Shown here: positions 13,101 through 23,875 of the stretch, piece by piece
Layout: each line of letters begins with the position of its first letter
How positions within the stretch are numbered: the first letter of the stretch is position 1
DNA from: Vicugna vicugna
Lineage: Eukaryota
Assembly: GCA_013265495.1 (NCBI GenBank)
Contig: MU058540.1
Location: forward strand, 147,696 to 211,695
Direction of reading: 5' to 3'
DNA length: 64,000 nucleotides
Translations under genes and position numbers: made by a program
Notes under the pieces: generated by a model
Database searches by the model: none
What the model was told of the DNA's origin: nothing
Seen by the model: only the letters and a program-made list of their open reading frames with translations

Positions 13101-15300
13101 AGAGTTTAGGCTTCACAAAGGCAACAAAAAAGAATTTTCAGAGGAAACTGACCACTTAATTAATATAAGTGGACAGGTACTTGAGAGTGAGCAATTGTTA
13201 CAGCTTTCGCCATCCCAATAACCAGAGTGACAATAAACCATTTTTAAATACATATGAAGAAGGTACCATAATAATTACAAGAAGCTTTAGGTCTCTCATA
13301 ATTCAAACAGTTTTGGTTATTTGTTTTAAAATGATTTAAGAACATGACAATGTCAGCAGAAAGCACTTAAATTTATCCAGATATTAAGTAAGAGTATTCT
13401 GATAAGAAATTACTGCTGGCTGAGCTGATTACACTCAAGGGGAAAAAAACCCTTTTCTACCTCTCTTCAAGAGCACAATGAATATTCCAAGACCAATTTT
13501 GAACAAGTCTTCTCCTTTTTTTGCTTATTAATTTTAATTAATCATTATATATGTCTAAAATATACAGAAATGTATAGTTAGATGACAATATTATTCTAAA
13601 AGCTCAACTTCAGCTTTAAAAATATATTTAATCTTATTCGTTCAATACACTAATGTGTGTACCACATTAAGTTTACCACTTAAATTGAGTTTTGTAAAAA
13701 ATAAGTATGGACAAAAGTATATACATAAAAACTGCTTGGCAATTCAGAATTTTTTTCTTTGTTTCTATGAATTATTCTTTTCTTTTAAGAATTTTGCAGG
13801 TAATCAAAATTCACCTATTAATTCACTCAATTTAAATTAGTCCAAAGTTATAAAATCATTTAGGTTGAAACTTCATAGTTGAACATAATCACTATTGATC
13901 TTAGCTTTCCAGAGGAGAAATTTTAAATTTTTACCAAGAGAGTAGTGGAGTAACCAAGTTAAATGATTTACAGCATTGTCTAAAGTTTACAAGAGCCAAT
14001 ACTTTAAAAAAAAATAAAAGCATGTCCTATGATTATTTAATTAGATTAAATGTATACATTTACATTTAGGTTTGCTTCCCAGAAATGAGTCTGAGGATGG
14101 GGAAAATATTCTTTTTTTTTTTCAAAATCAATTTATGGTGTTAGACATCAAATTAGCAAGTATTTAGAGAGGGGAATGCAAAAAGGTAGGAGGACTGACT
14201 GAAAAAAGGGCAAAAGGAGACCCTTTGAGATAAGAAAAATGTTCTATGTATCAATTGGGGTGGTGGTTACACAGTGTATATATACCTTTGCCAAAACTCA
14301 TCAAACTGAATATTTTAAATGTTTCCATTGGTTTTATGTAAATCACATCTCAATAAAGTTGATTTCAAACCATAAAATAGATCAAAAGTTTCAGCTGTGG
14401 AATTTGTGGGCTTCAGCAACAGAAAACCAAATGAGTCCTATATCAAGGATAGCACAACCAAATACACTGTGTCCTTTTTTGTCCCCTAACTTAGTAGATC
14501 AGTTTTTTAAATTCAAGTTATTTAAACTAAAACAAAAACATCTGGGACATAGTTTAAAAGGATTACAGGGATCAAGGCCTCCAGAGCACTCCCTGACACT
14601 CTGTCTCCTCCACCCATGGATTTTTATCAACTCCAGGCAAGAAAACTGGGTCTAATGTCATTCAGAGTCCTTCCCAAATCTGTCACTTACAGCACAAGCA
14701 TTGACTTCAGATATTTACTAATCGAGGCCTTTTGTTCATCTTGCTTCTACCATGGTTTCCAAAGGTAAATTTTAAATTCAAGAGCTTAACCTTTTGATCT
14801 TCATAGCTTTGCTGTGTTCACCCAAGGCATGAAGGGGAAATGCCTTATCTGTCTTTAGAGCACAAAGACAAAACAATCCTAGTTGTCTGAGAATTTTTCC
14901 TGCCATACACCTGAATATGTAAACGCACAGGAAATGTCCTAGCAGGATAGATGCCACGGTGCACCTTTGGGAAGCAGTTAAATGGGAAGGGGGAAGTGAC
15001 AAGGGAGATCTTTTACCCTCCACTCTTCTACAAGATATTTTATAACAAGATATCAGGTATGTGCTGTGGAATTTTGTAAAAATAAGAAAAAAGACTTTTT
15101 AATGAATGAATTTCAGGTGGTTGTAGAGAATCACAATCAATATTAGCCTAAGACTGAGGGACAAAAGGAAATATTCCTTAAGCTGAGAACCAAAAGCTGT
15201 AGCTACAAATATTTATTAACTAGTTTAGTCTAAGGTTTAATTGCTTCATGAACACCAGAAAATAGGTATATGCTCTATTGAACAATGCTTTTCTGGTTAT
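10200..15300. mobile_element. Probable ancient ERV internal (non-autonomous ERV1-like) sequence, interrupted by L1 pieces; may resume ~17440-18250
   Basis: AT-rich sequence with the texture of MER4/MER34/MER57-type internal regions; no coding motif recognised. Needs RepeatMasker. Confidence 0.3.
11557..11790 (+). mobile_element. Young 5'-truncated L1 3'UTR (camelid-type) with polyA tail
   Basis: gggaagggatagactgggatttcaaaattgtagaatagataaacaagatt...aataaaaaatgttaaaaaaaa; flanked by aaaaattata on both sides. Related + strand L1 3' ends at ~9555-9660, ~18715-18935, ~31405-31530, ~32975-33248. Confidence 0.8.
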
Positions 15301-15635
15301 GTTCTCCTATAACCTGCTTTTCTGAAAACTGGCCTGAAATGTACTTCTACCGGGATTGAATGATTGGGGTGCATTATGGTTGGAATGATGGAGCCTTGAG
15401 AAGAGATACACACACCAGTAATAAAGGCATACATTTCTGTTCCTTAGGTGAAGTAAAATTGCAGTAATATACACTGGATCTGCACACATTCGTCTCCTTA
15501 AGTCTCCCTGGATAAAAAGAGGATGTGTATTCTGAAGGAGGAACAACTGCAAGTGGGCTGCAGCATCCTTACCTAATCACCAACATGCCTGACCCATCTG
15601 CGTCAATGACCCTTATGTCTGCCCAGTTGCTTTGC

Positions 15636-17440
15636 CCATTCCATCCAAAAGCAGCTAAACACACATTCTTTTCAAGTGCACATGGAACATTCTCCAGAAT
15701 AGATCACATGTTAGGTGACAAAACAAGTCTCAATAAATTTAAGAAGGTTGAAATCATTTTGGACCACAACAGTATAAAACTAGTAATCAATTACAAGGGA
15801 AAAACTGCAAAACACACACACACACACGTGGAGACTAAACAACATGCTACTAAACAACCAATGGGTCAATGAAGAAATCAAAGAAGTCAAAAAATGCCTT
15901 GAGACAAATGACAACAGAAACACAACTATCCAAAATCTGTGGGACACAGAAAAAGTAGTTCTAAGGGGGATGTTCATAGTGATACAGGTCTAACCCAAAA
16001 AAACAAGAAAAATCTCAAATAAACAACCTACTGTTACACCTAAAGGAATCAGAAAAAGAAGAACAAGTAAAGCCCAAAGTTAGTATAGGAAGGGAAATAA
16101 TAACAATCAGAGCAGAAATCAATGGAATAGAGATTTTTAAAAACAATAGAAAAGATTAATGAAACTAAAAATTTGTTCTTTGAAAAGATAAACAAAATCA
16201 ACACTTAGCCAGACTCAAGAAAAAAATCAGAGAGGGCCCAAATAAATAATAAAGGTGGAGAAATTACAACTGGCACCACAGAAATATAAAGGTACCCAAG
16301 AGAACATTATGAACATTTATATGCCAATAAATTAGACAACATGGAAGAAATGGATAAACTCCTAGAAACATACAATCTTCCAAGACTGAATCATGAAGAA
16401 ATAGAAAATCTGAATAGATCAGTTACTAGTAATGAAATTGTTTATGGAGTTAAAAAAAAAAGTTCAGGTTCAGATGGCTTTACTGGTAAATTCTATGAAA
16501 CATTTAAAGAAGAGTTATTACATATCTTTCTCAAATTATTCCTAAAAAAACTGAAGAGGAAGGAACACTCCCAAAATCATGTTATGAGGCTAGCATCATC
16601 ATGGTACCAAAACTAGACAAAAACACCACAAAGAAAATAAAATTACAGGGCAATATCCCTGATAAACATGGATGCAAAAAATCTTCAACAAAATATTAGC
16701 AAACTGAATTCAAAAATACATTAAAGGGATGTGTTTAGGGATGAATCAAGTGGGATTTGTTCCAGGATGCAAAGATGGTTTAACATCTGTAAATCAAACA
16801 ATGTGATACACCACATTGACCAAAAGAAGGATAAAAGTCATATGATCATCTCAATAGATGCAGGTAAAGCACCTGACAAAACTCAACATCCATTTATGAC
16901 AAAAGCTTTCAACAAAGTGTGTATAGATGGAAAGTAACTCGACATGATAAAGGCCGCAAATGACAAACCCATAGCTCATATGGTGAAAAGCTGAAAGCAT
17001 TTCCTCTGAGATCAAGAACAAGACAAGGATGCCTACTCTCACCACTTTTATTCAATCTAGTGTTGGAAGTTCTAGCTAGAGCTACTAGTCAAGAAAAGGA
17101 AATAAAAGGCTTCCAAACTAAAAAGGAGGAAGTAAAACTGTCACTATTTGCAGATGACATTATACTATGTATAGAACACCCGAAAGACTTCACCTAAAGA
17201 CCATTAGAACCGATAAATGAATTCAGTGAAGATACAAAATTAGTATATAGAAATCTGTTACATTTCTAAACACTAATAACAAACAATCAGAAAGCAAAAT
17301 TTTAAAAAACAGTCATTTTTACAATTGCATCAAAAAGAAAAAAGTACCTAGGAATAAATCTAACCAAGGAGGTGAAAGAAAACAATGCACTGAAAACTAC
17401 AAGACACTGAGCAAATAAATTGAAGACAGCACAAATAAAT
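15636..17440 (+). mobile_element. L1 ORF2 fragment (endonuclease C-terminal part to RT), frameshifted
   Basis: ORF peptides [62 protein letters not shown] motif (tttgcagatgac) near 17147-17158. Confidence 0.92.
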
Positions 17441-18267
17441 TTGACTCTCTCAAGGGGTCAGCCCACTTTTTAACTCAATGCCAATGATGGTATTTCAATT
17501 CTTAGCCTTGAGAGGCAGGTGACAAAATTCTAAGATATGAAAGAAAAAAAAAAAGACGTTCTTTGCTGTCCATGAGCTGGGGAGAACAATGAACAAATCT
17601 TTTAACAAAAATCTGTCTTTGTCAATGATATATCTAACAAGGATAACTTGTCAAATCCCGAGACCTCAAAGACTCCGGACAAGACTGGATAAAATACCCT
17701 TTAACCTGTAAAACATTTGTAATTCTGACCACTCATCTTTCTTAATAATGTAGTGCTCTGATGATAATATTGTTAACATCTCCATCTGCAGGAAGCCAAA
17801 ATTACTTGTAAATTTTTTCCGTCAAACCAGAAGAAGAATCGTTGGCATTTCTCTCTTCTCATACACAGAGAATAAAATGGCTCTACTTGGCTTTTTACTA
17901 GGCAAAGAGTGAGAGACTGTTTAATGACTGAACCAAGGAGAGAATGGAACCATAAGGAGGGTGGTTCCGTGCTGAGCCTAAAAATGAGCCCACAATTTTT
18001 TAAATGTTTTTAATCCTAAAAAACCAGGTAAGACAAGTCTTTATTTGGACCTCAATGGGAGCCTGCCTGCCTCTGATCTTTCCCAGTTACCTCAAAACTT
18101 TGTCATTAAAGAATTATTTGTACTGAAAACCCAGAGCTATTAGAAAGGAAGAAAACTATGGGATTTTATTTTGCTGTTGATTTTTTCTAAAGGTTTTTTC
18201 CAGTTGTCACTGGTATGGGTCCAGATGGAGTCTTATCTGTGAGTGTACAATAGTTGAATCCAAGCAG

Positions 18268-18452
18268 GCAGTCCCAAACTTGAGTGCATCAGAATCCCTT
18301 GGAGGGCATATTAAAAATGCAGATTCCTGGGTCCCACGGCCAGAGTTTCTGATTCAGAAGGTCTGGGTTCAGACCTAAGAATCTGCATTTTTAATGCATT
18401 TCTAGATGATATTGAAGCTGCTGGTCCAGAGACCACATTTTGAGAACCACTG
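18268..18452. mobile_element. MER5A (hAT-Charlie MITE); other copies at ~33445-33615, ~46500-46660, ~46715-46870
   Basis: gcatcagaatc...gcagattcctggg...tctgattcag...tttgagaaccactg. Confidence 0.8.
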
Positions 18453-19818
18453 GAGTAGAAGAAAAACAACTAATTCCAGCACACATTCTATCATTCATTT
18501 TTCTAAGGTGGTTGCATTATAATTTCACCTGATTCAAAGTGAGTGATTCTTTGTGAGAAATGAGGCTGAGAAGGAGAGAATTTCCATGAAGAGAGTTGAG
18601 AATAACCAGATTGAAGTGCACGGTGCAGAACACAGGTTTCAATAGGCTGCTCATCCTCAGTAAGAGATCCACAGCCCATCACCCCAAGGGGTTTTGTTTT
18701 GTTTTTTTTAATTAGGAGTTTGGGATTAACAGATACACATGACTATATATAAAGTAGATAAACAACAAGGACCCACTGTATAGCACAGGGAACTATATTC
18801 AATTTCTTATAATAAGCTATAATGGAAAAGAATCTGAAACAATAAACATATGTATATGTGTAACTGAATTGCTTTGCTAAAACTAACATTGTAAATTAAC
18901 TACACTTCAATAAAAATTTTTTTAATATTTTAAATAAAGAAACAGGGAAGCTGTCTGATTTTTTTCTCTTCCAGATATATACATTTTCTCCTTTCTTTTC
19001 CTTAGAAGGAAAGTGGTACTATACAGTCTCCTGCTTTCCCAAGAAGTTAATGATTTCTCTTTTTATTTGAGCGTGAGATTTATCTTCCCTGTGTGAAAGT
19101 CCATCTGAACAGTGTTTAGGATTTTTGTATCAAGGGTGAGACTGACTTATAATTTTCCTTTCTTATACTATCTTTGTCAAGTTTTTAGTATAAAGGTTAC
19201 ACAAGCCTCCTAAAATGAGTAGGGGATATATCCTTTTTTTTACATTCTCTAAGAACTTCTGTAGGATTAAAATTGTTTTTTCCTTAAGTGTTTGGTACAA
19301 CTTGCTGGTGTAATCACTTGCTGGTGTAAGCTTAATTAAGGCTTAAGTTTCTTTTGTGGGAGGATATTCAACAATCAATTCAATTTTTTCTGCACATGAT
19401 TATTAAAATAAAGGATTCGATGTAACTGAAAAATGATGAGTTGATCACGGTATGGAATCCCCAACCAGCAGTTATTTTCAGGAAAAAAGAGCAAGGCCCC
19501 TTTCCATCACTTGCCATTTCCTAAAGGAAGGCCATTGTTTGGCTCAGGCCTCCTTTCCTTCTAGATGAGTCTAAGGGTGGCGGAGGAGCTCAAAAGGAGA
19601 AAACGTCTGGGTTACTTTGGGAGCAAGGGCACCAGGAGTTCAGTTCAGGGAGAGGGATCAGTGCTTTTCAAAAATTTTTTTTAATTATATATACATATAT
19701 ACCTACTAATACACAGAAACACAAATACACTTCACTGAGACAGTTCATGAAACTATAGTTACTCTCACCACCGTAGTGCAGGCTGGTATTTTCTATTCCA
19801 CTGTATTCTATTTCATTC

Positions 19819-19830
19819 CATATATATATA

Positions 19831-19866
<36 letters not shown>

Positions 19867-19915
19867 GGGTGAGATTTGGGTGTATGTGTGTATATATATA
19901 TATACACACACACAT
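19819..19915. repeat. Compound (TA)n(CA)n / (TG)n(TA)n(CA)n microsatellite
   Basis: Directly visible; arms partly self-complementary. Confidence 0.95.
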
Positions 19916-20115
19916 AATACATTTTAATATATTACTATAAATTATATGAGATATATTTTACATTTAAATATTATATACATTTATATTATATATTTAGGTA
20001 TTATTTATTCCATTCCACTAACATATATATTTATGTATTTATACTTACATACACATACAGTCTTTCAGGGTTGTGGATGAGGTTTGGAAGTGGACTTAGG
20101 AGTGAGACCAGTGCT

Positions 20116-23100
20116 GGGGATTCTCAGGACCTCATATTTCCACATCCATGGTACCTAGGATTTCACATTATTCTGTTCAGGGACAAATAACGTCGCTCTC
20201 TTCCACCTGCCAACGGAGAAGATCCCAGGGTTAGTCAAGACTCGCATTTATCAAGTCGGCCGGAGTGGACTTAACGTTCTACGTTCCTGTTTCATGCTGT
20301 GGCATCTGGAAAACCTGATAATGAAATCCCCCTCCTGCTCCTTTCACGGGCCCTGCCGCAGAGGTGAGCAGGTGAGTGGAGAAATGAGGTGAGAAAGGAG
20401 GTGGACCCAGAGAAGAGAAACTACCCTTGAGAGGAAAAACGCAGTTAACGCTCCCCCTCCCCCTTCTGCCGGTCGCCCTCTTCCATCTCTGCCCCTATCT
20501 GCCTTCTCTCGTCCACCTCTCTCCTTCCCGCACCTTATACACCTTTCCTCCCTGCAGGTGAATAATTCGCCGCGTAGCAGCCGCTCAGGGGCTGTGAGGG
20601 GCGAGAAGTTTACAAGAAGCCTGGTCCAGAGTTCTAAGAAGTGGGTGCAGGTGGCGGGGCACAGCAGCCGCTCCGGGACGCTCGGTCCGGGTATTTCTTG
20701 GTGGCCGCGTCGCGACCCAAACGCCTGGGCGCCGCGCGGGCGGGAGGACGGAGCCTGGGAGCTGAGACTGGAGGAGGGGGAAGCGGAGTCCCAGGATCAC
20801 AGCCCTGGGAGCAGAAACAGCGCAGATAAGCCTGGAGAACCTCGGGTTGGCGACTGAGGGCTGGACATCTCAGGTCACCGCGGGACCGCACGAAGGGGCC
20901 TCAGGGACCCGGCTTTCTAAGTGGAGGGGCGATAATAACCCAGCACGGTGAAAGCAGGAGGGTTGGGCTGTGTTCCTCCCGCCCCAGACGGCCGAGCTCT
21001 GATTGGCGTTCCATTGAGCCAATCATAGCTTCAGGCCCTGAGGTGGGTGGGGCCGGAGCGCTCCCCGCGCACTCGCGGAGGCGTGTACCTCGGACGCAGT
21101 GTTTTGGGTACATCAGCGGGGCGCCTGGGAGGTCCTGCTTCTCCGCGCCTCAGACAGTCCTCGTTAAAATGCCTGCACCCCGGCCTTAAAGGCCTGGACG
21201 GAAACGGACGCTGAGGTTTGAAACCCCGGGCTCTATGGGAGATGCCTAGTGCAAAGGCCTGGAGCGGCTACCTGGAGGAAGAGGGTATCCGGTGGCTCTG
21301 CAAATACCTGAAGAACGCGCAGGAGACACTATCGTAGGGTGAGATTTGGGACGGTGATTGTGCCCCGCCTCCCCTTCCAGGGATTACCCTGCTGACGTGA
21401 TGAGGAAGAAATACGGGCCTCTAGATTCCACTCGTGTTCTTTCCGTGGGGCCCTGGGGTCCTGGGGTGAGGTGGGGGAAGGCAGTGAGAATTAGTCTCGT
21501 CCCTGACGAGGGAGGGAGGGAGAGGGTATGCCCAGACCTTTAGACCCTTTACTTCTGGGAGGTGTACTCTGAGTACTTCTGTCCTGGCGGAATCATTAAA
21601 GGAATCCAGGTCTTTGGGGACGATCCCGAGAGAATACTGCAGGTGGCACATTTATCCCTTCAGTTCTCACGGGTTTGTTTGGGTGTGTAACTCTTTCCGT
21701 TTAACCTGAGGTGGCCTTAGTTTGTGCAACAGCCGTTTTCTCTCTCATACACCATCCTCTTGGTCTCACATCGCATCTCTCAGCCTGGGAGTGGGTATGA
21801 AGGGGTATATGGGGAAGGAAATCTCTTGTCAGACCAAGGAAATCTATTCTTAGACCAAGGAAATCAGGAGCCATCCAGAGTGCCTTAAGCAGGACCAGGC
21901 TTCCAGCCAAGAGAGAATCATAAGCCATCTCTTTCCCCTTTCTCAAAAGCCATCTTCCTACCTCTTTATAGTCATCATGGACATAATTGCTGGCCTAGTC
22001 TTCCTTGATGTTCCTGTTATTAGAGTGGAGGTTGGATAATATAGATGAAAAACTTGAGTAGAAAGGGAGTGAGTAGAAAGGGAGTGGCCTCTTCATCTTA
22101 ACTTCTGGGCTTCCCATGGTTAAGCAGGTGCAGGATATCCCCATGACTCATACTCAGGGCAGAGACAGTGACTCGCAAATGTGCTGTAGAGGATGGAGAG
22201 GAGTATGACCTCAGGCAGGCAAGTCTCAGCCTGGTTGGCAAAGGGTGTGATCAAGAAGCCACCACTGAAGGGGGCAGCACAAGTGAGCTCCTTGCATGTG
22301 CTGCTTGGGTCAGAGGCGCTGAGGCAAGAGGCTGGTGGAAACATCTCGTGGTCAATCTGAGAAGCAGTCGAGATGGAGAACTGCAAAATCAGCAGTACCC
22401 AGTATCTACAAGGGATGGTCAGTCTGTGGGCTGAACTCCAAGTGCCTGGGCTGCATTCAGATCTCCCCTGCTTGTTTGTAAGAGCTGGAGACAGATCTCC
22501 CCTGCTTGTTTGTAAGAGCTGGAGAAGCTGAGCCAGGAGCCTGGAGAGTGACCAGAAGGGCACCCAGGCACCCGAGCAATGATTTCCTTACTTCCAAGAG
22601 ATCTACACCGAGAATTTTCTTGCATTTCTCAAGTTTGTCCCTAGTGATTCAATGGGAAGAAGCCAGGTCCCAGACTTGCTCAAAAACAAACAAAAAACCC
22701 TCTAGGTAAGCATGTGTGTGTGTAAATGGTGCTACAAATGGTGTATTGAATAGTCAAAGTGGATATCTACCCCAAACGTATATGGGGAGAAAATTTGGTG
22801 TCAAAGAAACTTGGTGTGGTCCCCAGATGTAGGGTTCCTTGGAGGAAAGCCACTTCTTTCCGCCAGAAGGACAGACTTCAGGAGTGCAATTGTCCTATGC
22901 CTGGCCCTTACTCCCCTTTTCACCCATTGCTTCCAGGTTCTACCTTGGGTTGGGTATGTACATGTTTATACTTGGGTCTGCCATTTACATGTTTATACTA
23001 CTTCAAATATAAGATTATTGGCTTGCCCCAGGACCTCATAACCTCCACTTCCACACACATTTCACACAGGTCATGTTCTCTTCCCAGGTAATGAAAGAGC

Positions 23101-23329
23101 GCAGTATCCTCATCATCATACAGTAACTAAGGGAGAGGGGTTCAAATTACAAGGGAACGGAAAAATTGGTTCTTTGCTGTGGGGCAGAGTTGGTGAAAGT
23201 TATAGGACAGTCTACTGAGCTGAAGGGAGCTTTGGGGTTTAGTAATTCGGGATGTGGGCAGGCCTTCCAGAATACCGGGGGCTTCCAGACTAGCGCATCT
23301 CTGCCTTATTGTTTCCTTCCGCAGTTTGA
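20116..23329 (+). pseudogene. Unprocessed MHC class I pseudogene, positional equivalent of human HLA-Z
   Basis: Leader remnant LLLLSRALPQR*AG|gtgagt (20332-20371); alpha1 remnants GYFLVAASRPKR and ELRLEEGEAESQD (~20670-20860); alpha2 remnant LKAWTETDAEV* then WEMPSAKAWSGYLEEEGIRWLCKYLKNAQETLS* |gtgaga (~21090-21338); TM remnant PSSYLFIVIMDIIAGLVFLDVPVIRVEVG* (21948-22057); exon-6 remnant with the conserved Tyr (23088-23122); intron 3, 4 and 5 segments resemble HLA introns as I recall them. Stops at 21219, 21335, 22037 and frameshifts. Confidence 0.88.
20560..21350. promoter_or_regulatory. CpG island with GC boxes and an inverted CCAAT pair
   Basis: Dense CpG (cgcgtcgcg, gcgccgcgcgggcg, cccgcgcactcgcgg) in a CpG-poor window; CTGATTGG at 20999-21006, CCAAT at 21019-21023, CCCGCCC at 20978-20984. 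Confidence 0.75.
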
Positions 23330-23705
23330 CTGGGCTTCCTGGCATTGAACTGGAAAAAAACTGACCACTCCTTCCTGCCTCTGCTGACACCTAGGTAGGT
23401 TCTCTTCTTCAGTTGTATGTCTATGTTCCTGAGGGTAACACAGGAAGGGGGAAGAATTACTCAGTGGTCTCCCCTTCACATCTCTCCTAGAAGAATTGTG
23501 AAATAGCATATGCCTCTTCCCACAGGGTTTAAGTTGACCTGAAATTCTCAGCATGGATTCAAATAATTGCAAATAATATAAATTTTGAAATATTATATAT
23601 ATGAACACATTTGTATAAAACTGTTAATCACTCCATCATGTGTCCAATGAAATCCAAATGCCATGTTTTGACACCCATCATTAATTTTTAAAATGCACAG
23701 ACGTA

Positions 23706-23875
23706 GGGAAGGATATAGCTCAGTGGTATAGTGCATGCTTAGCACTACTTAGGTTCAATCCCTAATACCTCCATTACAAAAACAAATTTAAATAAATAAA
23801 TAGTCTAATTACCTCCTCCCCCAAAAAACCTGAATAAATATTTTTTAACTTTTAAATAAAGATAAATAAAAAATA
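23706..23875 (+). mobile_element. Vic-1-type tRNA-derived SINE (internally deleted)
   Basis: ggatatagctcagtggtatagtgcatgcttagc...ggttcaatccctaatacctcc...ctaattacctcc; degenerate TSD aaaatg(c/t)aca(g/a)ac. Confidence 0.85.

Noticed and set aside
15636..17440. Active reverse transcriptase or novel RT system
   Set aside because: Ordinary L1 ORF2 fragment with stops and frameshifts, truncated at both ends.
3700..20100. Orthologue of the human PPP1R2P1 processed pseudogene, which I recall between PSMB9 and HLA-Z
   Set aside because: No PPP1R2-like sequence recognised by eye; tblastn would be needed to confirm absence.
20558..20857. 99-aa and 62-aa ORFs in the CpG island as a novel protein gene
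   Set aside because: GTG starts, and the class I similarity is split across frames with deletions; open frames are expected in GC-rich DNA.
22458..22525. 34-bp direct repeats as CRISPR-like
   Set aside because: Two adjacent copies with no spacer, in a mammalian genome; a simple tandem duplication.
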